A DNA stretch of 44,142 nucleotides, taken from the IMG/VR virus record IMGVR_UViG_3300032212_000688, positions 1-44,142 of that record; one strand, 5' to 3'. Position 1 is the stretch's first letter. Each line of letters begins with the position of its first letter. This stretch comes from a virus (Duplodnaviria > Caudoviricetes). The position numbers and the translations under genes are program-made. The notes under the pieces were generated by a model. That model ran no database searches. It was given only the letters and a program-made list of their open reading frames with translations, and was not told the origin of the DNA. Shown one piece after another: positions 27,660-36,734 of this stretch.

Positions 27660-27991
27660 TACTGACCCCCAAAGCCGATATAGGCTAAAAAAATCAAAAT
27701 GAAACCTTGTAATATGCGATCAATCAAACGATCAAACCGCCCAACGGTTTTGCTATTGCCCGCATCTGACACCTCAAGTCTACGAATACGAATTTCGAGA
27801 TCATCCGCCTGCTTGCCTATCCGATTGGTCATGTCAGCAACGCGCTGGATATAACCATCAAGCTTGATCAGGTCGCGCATCGCCGCGGTTAAGTCTGATA
27901 AATCACCATGCAAATTATCGAACCGTTTACCAACGTCGTTTTTAAAATCCTTTAGCTCTCCCTTGATAGCTTCCACGTCGGTGCCCATCAA
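27659..27991 (-). CDS. Coiled-coil protein with C-terminal transmembrane helix
   Basis: ILQGFILIFLAYIGFG; in the lysis cluster. Confidence 0.6.
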   Translation of the reverse strand: MMGTDVEAIKGELKDFKNDVGKRFDNLHGDLSDLTAAMRDLIKLDGYIQRVADMTNRIGKQADDLEIRIRRLEVSDAGNSKTVGRFDRLIDRILQGFILIFLAYIGFGGQ

Positions 27992-28560
27992 CTACGCCCT
28001 TTCTTTGTAAAGCCATCAAACGTCCGCATAGTCATGTATGTACCGCATGGCGTGAACAACATCCCAGCCAGAGCAACATTGGCACCACCGAGATCCGCAC
28101 CACCCCAGGCAGTTGATATCATGTTGGCCACCTCAGCCACCAAGACATAAATCACCATGGCCCAACCAGACATGCGCGCCATCTTTGGCCGTGTCTCTTT
28201 TACATAGTCAGTGCCATGCACAGCCTCAGTACGAATCGTCTCCTGACTTTGATTGTGGCGCTGAGTTTCTGCGTTCAACCGATTCTCTTCTCGTCGCTCC
28301 TCAACCTTGGCCAGCTCGACCTTGATCTCACCGGTGACCTTTTCCAGCTCCACCAGATCCTCGGCCGGCAAACCTTTTAGACGATCAGCCAGAACTGTCT
28401 CGGGATCTTTGGCACCACGCACAGACTCGACAATGTTTGCAGCAGTATTGACCACCTCGGCAGTCTTGCCACCGAACAGATTACCGATGCCGCGAATCAT
28501 CGCCGGGCCGGCATCAAGCAGGGTCTTGCCTATTGTCAACAGGGTACCCGGATCCATCAA
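27988..28560 (-). CDS. Holin (3TM/GTA-holin-like)
   Basis: YVKETRP followed by two TM segments and YMTMRTFD; adjacent to the endolysin. Confidence 0.7.
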   Translation of the reverse strand: MMDPGTLLTIGKTLLDAGPAMIRGIGNLFGGKTAEVVNTAANIVESVRGAKDPETVLADRLKGLPAEDLVELEKVTGEIKVELAKVEERREENRLNAETQRHNQSQETIRTEAVHGTDYVKETRPKMARMSGWAMVIYVLVAEVANMISTAWGGADLGGANVALAGMLFTPCGTYMTMRTFDGFTKKGRS

Positions 28561-29066
28561 TCTGCCTCCCGAATCAATTCACGCCAGTCATAACCTGGCA
28601 GTTGAGTGTGGGGGTATTCTTTAAATCGGCGCCAATGTCCAGCCCATTCCAAACCGGCGGCAACCGCATTCAAACCATAGTTGTGCCAAGCGTCTTTATC
28701 ATCTTGCTCAGTATTGCCCCATACGGGCTTACCATCACGCAATGGCACACCATCGGACGCCAAGGCATAGTTATGCAATGACTGACCAGGCGCTGCATTG
28801 GTAACAATCAATAGTCCCATCTGAGGCCCGACATCAATTAAAATTTTAGCCAGATCAGGACGGCCCCACTTGTCGCTCAATTCGTCGGCCTTGGCCATAA
28901 TTTCAGACAATGACCGACCCTGACGAAACAGCCTTGCCTGTTCTTGCATGTCGCGTTTGGTGCAATAAATCAGAACATTCAAGCCACAAAAATCGCAATG
29001 CGCCAAAAACTCCTCGGTGCGATCGCGCATTTCTGGGTGTAGATCGTTTAACTCACGACTTGCCAT
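28557..29066 (-). CDS. Endolysin, M15 family peptidase
   Basis: EQARLFRQGR, VTNAAPGQSLHNYALASD, EYPHTQ. Confidence 0.9.
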   Translation of the reverse strand: MASRELNDLHPEMRDRTEEFLAHCDFCGLNVLIYCTKRDMQEQARLFRQGRSLSEIMAKADELSDKWGRPDLAKILIDVGPQMGLLIVTNAAPGQSLHNYALASDGVPLRDGKPVWGNTEQDDKDAWHNYGLNAVAAGLEWAGHWRRFKEYPHTQLPGYDWRELIREAD

Positions 29067-29240
29067 TTAATAATCCCCACCTGCACCGGCGCCAGGTAAA
29101 ATCCTGGCATCAAGCTCGGCACTGATTGCTGACCACTTATCTGAGCCAACTTCGAGCGCCGCCTTTTTATGGCGGAGCTCGTCATCGCTGAGATCATCGA
29201 AGGCTTCGGCGATCTCTTCTTGTGGCTCTAAGTTATTCAC
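29067..29240 (-). CDS. Small hypothetical protein (57 aa); not in the ORF track
   Basis: GTG-start frame filling the gap between neighbouring genes. Confidence 0.5.
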   Translation of the reverse strand: MNNLEPQEEIAEAFDDLSDDELRHKKAALEVGSDKWSAISAELDARILPGAGAGGDY

Positions 29241-29763
29241 CACCACCTACATCAGCACGACGCAGACGATCCGCCTCGATTGCAGTCAGTAAATCAGTAC
29301 GTGGTGTTGCTTGCACCTTCTCGACCGCTTCAAGTGAATTCATCTCATTAAGATCTAATGCTTCAAGGGTTTCGATAATGGCTACACTGTCCTGAACCAG
29401 AATTTCTTTCACTGCATCCAAACGCTGTGCGCGGATCAGTTTCTCCTCAGCCAAAACATTAATGATCCCTTTACGTGGTGACTTGTTTTCGGCTTGCTCA
29501 ACCAGGGCTAGCATCTCATCAGATAAACTTGGAATTTCGGCTACAACCTCAGGTACTTTTTTGCCAACAATCGCCTGCGCTAACTTTTCAATTTCAGAAA
29601 GCTGAGGGGCTTCATTGGCTGGTTTTTCTTTTTGTTTGGCCGTGTGGTGTTGATTGGAGGGAATTAAATTCTCGTCGAGTACGCGCGTCTCACCTGCAGG
29701 CACACACCGGCCACCAAAATAGCGATCTTTGTCGCTATCATTGTGAAATGGGATCTGTTTCAT
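29233..29763 (-). CDS. Hypothetical head-associated protein
   Basis: Follows the capsid gene; repeated E..K.PR motifs. Confidence 0.65.
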   Translation of the reverse strand: MKQIPFHNDSDKDRYFGGRCVPAGETRVLDENLIPSNQHHTAKQKEKPANEAPQLSEIEKLAQAIVGKKVPEVVAEIPSLSDEMLALVEQAENKSPRKGIINVLAEEKLIRAQRLDAVKEILVQDSVAIIETLEALDLNEMNSLEAVEKVQATPRTDLLTAIEADRLRRADVGGGE

Positions 29764-29824
29764 AACTATTTTCTCCTTAACACCTAAGGGGTTCCCCTCC
29801 CAGTTAAGGGAGGGAAGCCATTAC

Positions 29825-32383
29825 TTAGCGAGCTACACGTCCAGTCGCGCTGTAATTCACGATCGAGGTGTAAGCACGTTTCAGCTGAGTAGGTGTATGG
29901 AGCAAAATGTACTGATCACCATAAGCCTCTTTCTTGCCGGTAAACCGGCCGTTGGCATCCTTCTGGTTTTCAAGCTCACCCATTGACCAAGGTTTCATCA
30001 TGCGCAGACGTGTCTGGCCGCGCTCACCGACGATAATGCGTTGGTCACCCATCCACAGACCCGGTGCAGACGCCTTATAATTTCCAACGTCTTTAACACG
30101 GCCCAGGTTGCCATCCACGGCCAGGTCTGTGCCGTTGCGTTTAGAGTTGGCGCCGAACTGCTTGGCCTGTTCGATCTGAGTCATGGCTGTGCCACTCATC
30201 AAACCAAAGTTAGCCTGGTGATAACGCTCGTCCTCAATCACGTTCTTGCGCAGACCATAGCGATACAAGAATTTATCCCAGTGAACATCCGTCGCGTCCC
30301 CCCCCAGATCAGTGTCGAACTTGTAGACGTTGGTTGCGTAGCTATAAGAGATCGTCAGCGCGTCAGCACTACCTGGTGTTTGCACTGCCTGGCTTTCATC
30401 GATGAAATAAAACTCGCCCAGGTTGTAGTCCATCACGTAGTAAGTGGCAGCGGCTGTCTGGCCGGTGTACTCCTCAATCTCAGTACCCGCCAACGTAATG
30501 GTGATTGTGTTGCTGGTGTTGCCTACCTGGCTGCCTTGCAAATCAAACACCTTACGCGGATGCACCACAGGGAACTGAGTGGTAACAAATATAGTATTTG
30601 ACGCATCTGTAGCAGCACCCAGATCCTCAGCCACAACAGGGACCGCTTGATATTCGTCAGCCGAGTGCAGAACTTCATTAAAGATAAGCTGTTCAGTGTC
30701 TTCATGAATAATACGCACCGCGTTCTGCTGATTCTCAATCACTGAATCCCAATTGATATGACGAGCCGATGTCAGATAACGCAACTCATCAGATACCTCA
30801 AAGGAAATCTTTTGCGGGATCGCGTAAGCCGTTTCTGATGTCTGGATTACACCAGCGCGCGGGATCGAACCACCCTCATAGACACGAGTGTTACTACGGC
30901 CAGCAGCGGTTAAATCGCGGTAGCTGTATGGCAGTAAGTGAGAGCTGGCAAAAGGTAGCGTATCTGAGTTAACAAACTGCAGGCCAACTAAGCGATAAAG
31001 AGCCTCACGAATAACAGTACGCTCGAAAGTTGCCGGTACAGCTACATCGGAGACGACCCCGTCTCCAGCCGCCAAAAGTTTAGCTTCTGTGCGCAACTGG
31101 TGAGCATTATCCTGGTCATAGACAGCGAGAAACTTCTCAGCCAGTTTTTTGTTTTCCTCTGGCAGTTGGCCGCCGGTATTGGCAAAACGACGAGAATCTG
31201 ATGTGTCGGTGATACCCAGTTTCTTATCAATGTTTTCCTGCAACTCTTTGATGCTGTTGGAATCGTCGACCGTAATGCGAGGGCTACCCTCAGGGCCTTG
31301 GTAACCAAGCTGTGCCAACTGTAAGGAAACAGTCATTTTGTTACCTAGCTCAATCTGTTGTTCGGCCAGTTTGCGAACAGTTATCTCTGGCATGTCGGCA
31401 GTAAAAGAATCAGCAACAGATAACAAAATACCCAACTGATCATCGGGCAGCTCTTTAAGACCTTCCGCTTCATTCAACAGCTTTTTATAAAGGTTAACGT
31501 TAGTCTCTAACTGTTCAGTCAACTGCTTAGCCGCCGCGGCGCTATCAGATTCACGCTTGGCTATCATTGCCTCAACCTCGGCCAAGGTCGGGCCGCCAAC
31601 TTGAGGGGCTGCCAGTTGGATGGTGGCGTTAGGGTTGGTTTTCATGGCCTCGGCCAGTGTTTTTCCTGTGCTTGTCCACGAAGCGAGCAAGACCTGAGCT
31701 TTTGCATCATCGGCTACGCCATCAAGTGCAGCGTCAAAATTTTCACTTAGCTGCTTAATGACGGCATCGGTCAAGCCGTCAATTTTGGCCAGGGCCTCAG
31801 ACAGCAGTTTTAAAAACTTATCTTTCATTTGATTAATCTCCTCAGTGAGTTCTTTCAATAATTCAGGATGTATAAAGGTTGGTATTTCTTCGTCGCCTTC
31901 AGATAACTGAATAGCTTCGTTGTTCTTAATCACAGGTCTAAGTGTTAAACCAGCACCACGTAAAAGGGCGCCCTTCTCCTCGCCTGTCTCGTTGTTCATG
32001 TAGTTTTCAACAAAATCAGCTGATAAATAACGGAACCCACGTTTTCTAACTGCATCAATCCCGAACTCGGTCCATTCAAGTTTTGCCCGTAACCGGTTTC
32101 CCTCGACAGACAACGCCAGAACCTTGGCAGCGCCTCCATCGTCTGGTTTATGTGCAACATCGAAATAGATATCCTGCCCATAAGTCCGCTTGCTGAAGTT
32201 ATCTACCATCTGCAGCAACATCGCTTTAGTGATATCAAACCATCCATATCTCGGATCGTAAAAACGCCCCGCCCTTGTTACAGTCTCAACCGTTGTCGTT
32301 GACCCTTCACTCAGGCGCACACTGAGACCAGTCAAGAATCGCATTGACTGATTTTTATTTGGATGAATGACGTTGTTTGGCAC
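29825..32383 (-). CDS. Fused prohead protease-scaffold-major capsid protein
   Basis: Mu I-like protease motifs (DVAH, EWT, FRYLSADF, GAGLTLRP), helical linker, capsid-sized C-terminus. Confidence 0.85.
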   Translation of the reverse strand: MPNNVIHPNKNQSMRFLTGLSVRLSEGSTTTVETVTRAGRFYDPRYGWFDITKAMLLQMVDNFSKRTYGQDIYFDVAHKPDDGGAAKVLALSVEGNRLRAKLEWTEFGIDAVRKRGFRYLSADFVENYMNNETGEEKGALLRGAGLTLRPVIKNNEAIQLSEGDEEIPTFIHPELLKELTEEINQMKDKFLKLLSEALAKIDGLTDAVIKQLSENFDAALDGVADDAKAQVLLASWTSTGKTLAEAMKTNPNATIQLAAPQVGGPTLAEVEAMIAKRESDSAAAAKQLTEQLETNVNLYKKLLNEAEGLKELPDDQLGILLSVADSFTADMPEITVRKLAEQQIELGNKMTVSLQLAQLGYQGPEGSPRITVDDSNSIKELQENIDKKLGITDTSDSRRFANTGGQLPEENKKLAEKFLAVYDQDNAHQLRTEAKLLAAGDGVVSDVAVPATFERTVIREALYRLVGLQFVNSDTLPFASSHLLPYSYRDLTAAGRSNTRVYEGGSIPRAGVIQTSETAYAIPQKISFEVSDELRYLTSARHINWDSVIENQQNAVRIIHEDTEQLIFNEVLHSADEYQAVPVVAEDLGAATDASNTIFVTTQFPVVHPRKVFDLQGSQVGNTSNTITITLAGTEIEEYTGQTAAATYYVMDYNLGEFYFIDESQAVQTPGSADALTISYSYATNVYKFDTDLGGDATDVHWDKFLYRYGLRKNVIEDERYHQANFGLMSGTAMTQIEQAKQFGANSKRNGTDLAVDGNLGRVKDVGNYKASAPGLWMGDQRIIVGERGQTRLRMMKPWSMGELENQKDANGRFTGKKEAYGDQYILLHTPTQLKRAYTSIVNYSATGRVAR

Positions 32384-32394
32384 TGTAAAAACTC

Positions 32395-32706
32395 CTACTC
32401 ATCAACCGTTAAAATCTTGTTGATTGTTTTCAACCTCTTGCCCACACCAAAATCCACGGTCAGCTTTAGGTCGTTATCATTAGCTTCGGTAAACTCACCT
32501 TCGGCAGTGGTAAACAGCACGTATTTATTAGCCAAAAAAGAGCCCTCGTCCGTATCGATATCAATAGCGCCGACAGTAAAGCGCTCGTGTGGCACATCAA
32601 AGCTGCTACCACTTGGGCGCTCGACATGCAGGCTAAATTTAGTTGCGCCACCAAGATCAAACTTGGTGTTGATCCTGGTGATAACACCGTGCTCGCCGGC
32701 CTTCAC
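32395..32706 (-). CDS. Hypothetical structural protein
   Basis: Beta-rich ORF in the late operon. Confidence 0.6.
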   Translation of the reverse strand: MKAGEHGVITRINTKFDLGGATKFSLHVERPSGSSFDVPHERFTVGAIDIDTDEGSFLANKYVLFTTAEGEFTEANDNDLKLTVDFGVGKRLKTINKILTVDE

Positions 32707-33060
32707 TTATTGATCCGCCACCCGCTTCACCGCCACCACGTTGCCGCAACTTGGGCAGACCACCTCATACTCCAGACCATCAAAAGGCACTGCCTCGATC
32801 AGTGGCGTGAGATCATGACCACATGGAACAATGGTCTTTTGTGCTTCTGGGCTGACTATCTCGGGATCACCGTTTTCGTTCAGGCTTACACCACCTTTAG
32901 ACGATGTTATTTTTTTGATCACGCCGCGCTTTTTATGCCCAAGCGCATCCTGAGGAATGGCTTTGTCGAGCTCGCCAGCATCAACATCGGCCACCGATTT
33001 ATCGATGTCCGCCTGGCTGATGGTGCCGATTACTGGGCCTTTACAAATAAATTTATTCAT
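32707..33060 (-). CDS. Hypothetical protein with C-terminal CxxC
   Basis: PCGH...CPSCG. Confidence 0.6.
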   Translation of the reverse strand: MNKFICKGPVIGTISQADIDKSVADVDAGELDKAIPQDALGHKKRGVIKKITSSKGGVSLNENGDPEIVSPEAQKTIVPCGHDLTPLIEAVPFDGLEYEVVCPSCGNVVAVKRVADQ

Positions 33061-33797
33061 CAGGTTGTAGTCCCGGCGATTTGTGTTGTGAAAGTAGATT
33101 TAAGCGCCGCATGACCAGCGTTAAGCGCCTGCTCTATCCATGCACCAATCACTGATCCGGCCTCTAGCTGATTACCCGGCACATTGACCTCGACGCCATC
33201 ATCAACAAAGCTAACGCCGGCTGGAGTAGCCTTGCGATTGGCTATAGTGGTGCTGTCGTTTTTGGCGGTCTCTACAGCAATGCGCACCACAGCGCTGGGG
33301 TCTGCTGTCAGCGAGACTTTTGCCGCGGTCAGGGTGAGCGTGGCGTTTTCGTTTTTCCAAAATTCTTTTTCACAACGGGTAACTGCACCAGCCTCTGACG
33401 CCGAGCCGATAAATAAAATTGAGGCGCTGGTTTTGCCTGCAGGAATCACCGCAACCGTCGGGCCGCTGGCAGAACGGCGAATGGTAACGTTGCCGGCTGG
33501 CGCACTAGCCAGAGTCATTTTTAAAACACGCTCTAAGGTGCTTGTGAATGACACCACTGTAGTGCCGTTCATTGCATTAACCTCAGAGTTTGGATCGCCG
33601 GCAGCAAGGCGGCCGTCAATCGTCAGGTTCATAATGTCGGCGACATTATCAGAGACCGCCTCAAGGGTGTCATTCGCAGCCAGCTGAGTTACTTCAAGTA
33701 TGCAACCAATATCAACACCGCCACCGGTCAATGTGGCATCGTCTTCAGGACGGTTCAGCGCTGCAAATTTTTTAAGTTCCGCGGCAATAATCGACAT
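33060..33797 (-). CDS. Putative virion structural protein
   Basis: A/T/G-rich, in the late operon. Confidence 0.65.
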   Translation of the reverse strand: MSIIAAELKKFAALNRPEDDATLTGGGVDIGCILEVTQLAANDTLEAVSDNVADIMNLTIDGRLAAGDPNSEVNAMNGTTVVSFTSTLERVLKMTLASAPAGNVTIRRSASGPTVAVIPAGKTSASILFIGSASEAGAVTRCEKEFWKNENATLTLTAAKVSLTADPSAVVRIAVETAKNDSTTIANRKATPAGVSFVDDGVEVNVPGNQLEAGSVIGAWIEQALNAGHAALKSTFTTQIAGTTT

Positions 33798-33814
33798 TTT
33801 TTAATCCCTATAAA

Positions 33815-33904
33815 CAAATAAAGCCCGACACCGTTTTCACAGTGCCTGGCTTATCGCTTCGGCCGGGATAACTTGTAGGGAAACCCAGCGCGTTTTGCCT
33901 TTGA
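33815..33904 (-). promoter_or_regulatory. Structured leader, copy B
   Basis: TCAAAGGCAAAACGCGC...AAGCGATAAGCCAGGC...GTCGGGCTTTATTT. Confidence 0.6.
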
Positions 33905-33929
33905 TCAGGTTACATATTTACAATTAAAT

Positions 33930-33956
33930 CAAGACATAACAACGGTTCGTTATGTC
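33930..33956. promoter_or_regulatory. Late-promoter dyad, copy 1
   Basis: CAAGACATAACAACGG-N5-TATGTC; repeated at 42479. Confidence 0.6.
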
Positions 33957-33964
33957 CTTTTTTG

Positions 33965-35737
33965 CTAGAATAAATTGATCTCATCGATTATCGGCGCGTT
34001 GATATTTACTTCATCAGACAACAACATTACCAGATCGAGATAGCTAGGAATAAAGTCGATTCCCGCCGCTTCAATCGGCACCGCTGAGGCCTGTTGCAAT
34101 AGCTGTAGAATTTCTACGTTTACCTGAAAACCATTGCCAGTTGAAATCAAGGCCTCGGCCGCGGCATCACCCGCCACCACCAACGTCGCCACCGCCTCCA
34201 GGTTGCCATCAATGCCACGGGCAAAACCACGTAATACAGCGTATGGCGCCTCTGAAAAATGCTCTAATCCCTGTAGCGATTCGAGCGCGATGCTGGCCGA
34301 GTTTGAAACAGCTATCGCCGTGATATTGGTTTCAAAATTAACGCTGAGGCTATTGGTGCTTTGAGCTAGCGATGTCAGTGCCACATCAATCGAATTTGAA
34401 ACAGCGAGTGATGCTGAATCGCTTTCATAATTGACGCCAATACTACTAACCGCCTTAACCAGTGATTCAGTCGCCGGCGATGCCGCCGTGCCAGTTTTTA
34501 ACAGCGACTCAAGCGCACCGCCCTGGCTGGCGTTAATCGTTGCTAGTGAATTGATAGGCGTCGCCTGCTCGGCTGTTAATGCGTGGAGCGATTCTATGCT
34601 AGCTGCTTTAACGCCAGAGACAAAAACGACAGACTCAAAGGCTGGCGCCAATAATGCCTCAAGGTTTTGCGTTGATTCATGCGGCAGGGTGATGGCATGG
34701 CTAGCAACCGCTAAGGCCGTGAATGATGAGCTTATTGGATTAGAGACAGCCAGGGCAGAGGCGCCGCTTTCAAAATTGACGCCAACAGTGCCAACACGTT
34801 CAGCCAACAACTCAAGTGCCGGCTGTGCTTGCGCTGCAGTCTGCAATAGAGATTCCAAGGCACCGCCCTGACTGGTATTGATAGTGGCCAAGGCATTGAA
34901 CAGCGGCGCCTGCTCAGCAGTTAATGCGATGAGTGATTCTAAGTTGGCCGCTTTGGCATCATCGAAATAAACAACTGACTCAAAGGCGGGGGCCAATAAT
35001 GCCTCAAGATTTTGGTTTGACTCGTGTGGCAGGGTGATGGCTTGGCTGGCAACTGCCAAGGCCGTGAATGACGAGGTGATAGTGTTTGAAACGGGGCTAG
35101 AACCGCCACCAGGCTCTTTGAAACACACTTGTATCCCTAGTGCTGCGCCACCGGTATCTGTTGTTGACCAAGTTGGATCAATAGCCGCTGTAGAGGTATA
35201 AGGGATTAAGGCTATCGATTGTAAGGGATCCCAAGATGTACCCCCAACTTTATCATTACGTGTGCCCACATCAATGAATGGACCGTTAGATCTCCACTCC
35301 AATGAATTTGGATTCCCCAAAACACTAATCATAGCCCCTGCGGATGAATCCGGGGTCAAACTCCCTAGCGTATTTACTGTGCCGAAGGCGTATCTTGTGG
35401 CAACAACACTATCTAGTACGTCAATAGTTGTATTGCCTGTGTACTCCCACACAGTCAACTGTGGCTCTCCAGTATCTCCCCATGTCGTTGTTATATCGTC
35501 GCCAGAGTCCCCGGTTGCAATCCTATACCACAAAGTATGTGTTGCCCCTGCCCCGGCAACATGACCTAGCAATGTCCAGCCGGCCGAAACACTAGGAGCG
35601 CCATTGCTGACGCGCTTTACCAGCGATGCAATTAGTAAATTATTAGCTGTAGCACCAAGTAACGTCAGCGTACGAGATAAAGATCCCGTCGAATTTATCC
35701 ACGTTGTGCCGCGCTGGCCTACATAGCTAATAGACAT
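33965..35737 (-). CDS. Repetitive putative virion fibre/decoration protein
   Basis: Beta-rich N-terminal domain, 115-aa tandem duplication, ~14-aa ESL periodicity. Confidence 0.65.
   Translation of the reverse strand: MSISYVGQRGTTWINSTGSLSRTLTLLGATANNLLIASLVKRVSNGAPSVSAGWTLLGHVAGAGATHTLWYRIATGDSGDDITTTWGDTGEPQLTVWEYTGNTTIDVLDSVVATRYAFGTVNTLGSLTPDSSAGAMISVLGNPNSLEWRSNGPFIDVGTRNDKVGGTSWDPLQSIALIPYTSTAAIDPTWSTTDTGGAALGIQVCFKEPGGGSSPVSNTITSSFTALAVASQAITLPHESNQNLEALLAPAFESVVYFDDAKAANLESLIALTAEQAPLFNALATINTSQGGALESLLQTAAQAQPALELLAERVGTVGVNFESGASALAVSNPISSSFTALAVASHAITLPHESTQNLEALLAPAFESVVFVSGVKAASIESLHALTAEQATPINSLATINASQGGALESLLKTGTAASPATESLVKAVSSIGVNYESDSASLAVSNSIDVALTSLAQSTNSLSVNFETNITAIAVSNSASIALESLQGLEHFSEAPYAVLRGFARGIDGNLEAVATLVVAGDAAAEALISTGNGFQVNVEILQLLQQASAVPIEAAGIDFIPSYLDLVMLLSDEVNINAPIIDEINLF
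34405..35095. repeat. Intragenic tandem duplication with a 345-bp period
   Basis: AAGGCCGTGAATGA at 34713 and 35058. Confidence 0.85.
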
Positions 35738-36186
35738 TACCCAATCTCAGAAATTACTAGCGCAAGTACATTGCGTAGATCAGCAGTCTGCGTGTCTGTG
35801 AGTACATTAGAAATCATTGTCCTGCCACCATTCCATTGCGATGGAGGCATTAGATTGACTGTTGCGGGCGCTTGATCATTAATACCGACCAGAGCAGCAT
35901 TTATAACAGTTTGCAGTGATGTGATTTCAGCAACAACATCATAAGACTTATTTTTTTCAGCATCACGGGCATATTGATCAATGCCCGGAGTCAGCACTAA
36001 AACAGATAATTGATTTGTTGCTCGCTCCAACGTCTGATAAACATCTCGCACGTAATCATAATTGACAAACGTAATTGCTAAATGGGCTTCCATGTCCATC
36101 AGATTTATTTTCAATTGTTTGGCTGCGCCTACAATTTTCTCATATGCAACTTGCTCTGGTGATTTATCGCTAATTATTATGCTCAT
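35737..36186 (-). CDS. Hypothetical protein
   Basis: Coupled ORF. Confidence 0.65.
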   Translation of the reverse strand: MSIIISDKSPEQVAYEKIVGAAKQLKINLMDMEAHLAITFVNYDYVRDVYQTLERATNQLSVLVLTPGIDQYARDAEKNKSYDVVAEITSLQTVINAALVGINDQAPATVNLMPPSQWNGGRTMISNVLTDTQTADLRNVLALVISEIG

Positions 36187-36192
36187 CGTTTA

Positions 36193-36396
36193 TTACCTCC
36201 CCTCATCCAGCTCAATTGATTTATCGCAGTGATGCGGATCTATCCAGTGCAGCGCCCGGCAGAGCCAGTAACAAAATTTGCAGTTATGACGCCGTTTCCC
36301 GACACGACTTGAAATAGTTTCGTCTGGATCACCACCAGCAACGGTGTTTGCTAGTTGGTCAATCGAAATCAGGATATTCCAAAAATATTGTTTCAT
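36193..36396 (-). CDS. Conserved phage hypothetical protein
   Basis: NILISIDQLANTVAGGDPDETISSRVGK motif. Confidence 0.75.
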   Translation of the reverse strand: MKQYFWNILISIDQLANTVAGGDPDETISSRVGKRRHNCKFCYWLCRALHWIDPHHCDKSIELDEGR

Positions 36397-36403
36397 CTCA
36401 ATA

Positions 36404-36577
36404 TCAACCAACCACAGCCTGATAAACAAAAGGCACCGCCGCCCAATTTTTACAAAATTTACACTTGGCTTCACAAGCTCCATCAGGTTTCACTCTGATA
36501 ACTGTTGTACCTTTCAGCACATCACCATCAAACAAAACCCGGCTGCAGCTGCAGCGTGTTAATTTTTTATCACTCAT
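36404..36577 (-). CDS. Com-like zinc-ribbon protein (57 aa); not in the ORF track
   Basis: RCSCSRVLF...EAKCKFCK; GGAG RBS. Confidence 0.65.
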   Translation of the reverse strand: MSDKKLTRCSCSRVLFDGDVLKGTTVIRVKPDGACEAKCKFCKNWAAVPFVYQAVVG

Positions 36578-36734
36578 TCGATGATCTCTCCTGTAGCTCC
36601 AACCAAAGTTTTGCTTGTTTAATACTGTCGTGACGCGATTCAGAATCGGGCATTAATTCCAGTTCTTTTATCCAGGCCTCGATATCTTCACGGGGTGAAT
36701 ATGGGCCAACTTCTGGATCGATGATATTGCTCAC
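36570..36734 (-). CDS. Small acidic protein (54 aa), candidate immunity protein; not in the ORF track
   Basis: GTGA overlap with the MuF stop; IIDPEVGPYSPREDIEAWIKEL. Confidence 0.65.
   Translation of the reverse strand: MSNIIDPEVGPYSPREDIEAWIKELELMPDSESRHDSIKQAKLWLELQERSSNE

Noticed and set aside
33815-33904. c-di-GMP-I riboswitch
   Set aside because: The GGCAAA start is similar, but the GNRA-capped P2 and GACGCAAAGC elements are not in the expected arrangement
34405-35095. Diversity-generating retroelement TR/VR pair
   Set aside because: No reverse transcriptase; both copies are in frame in one gene and the differences are not adenine-specific
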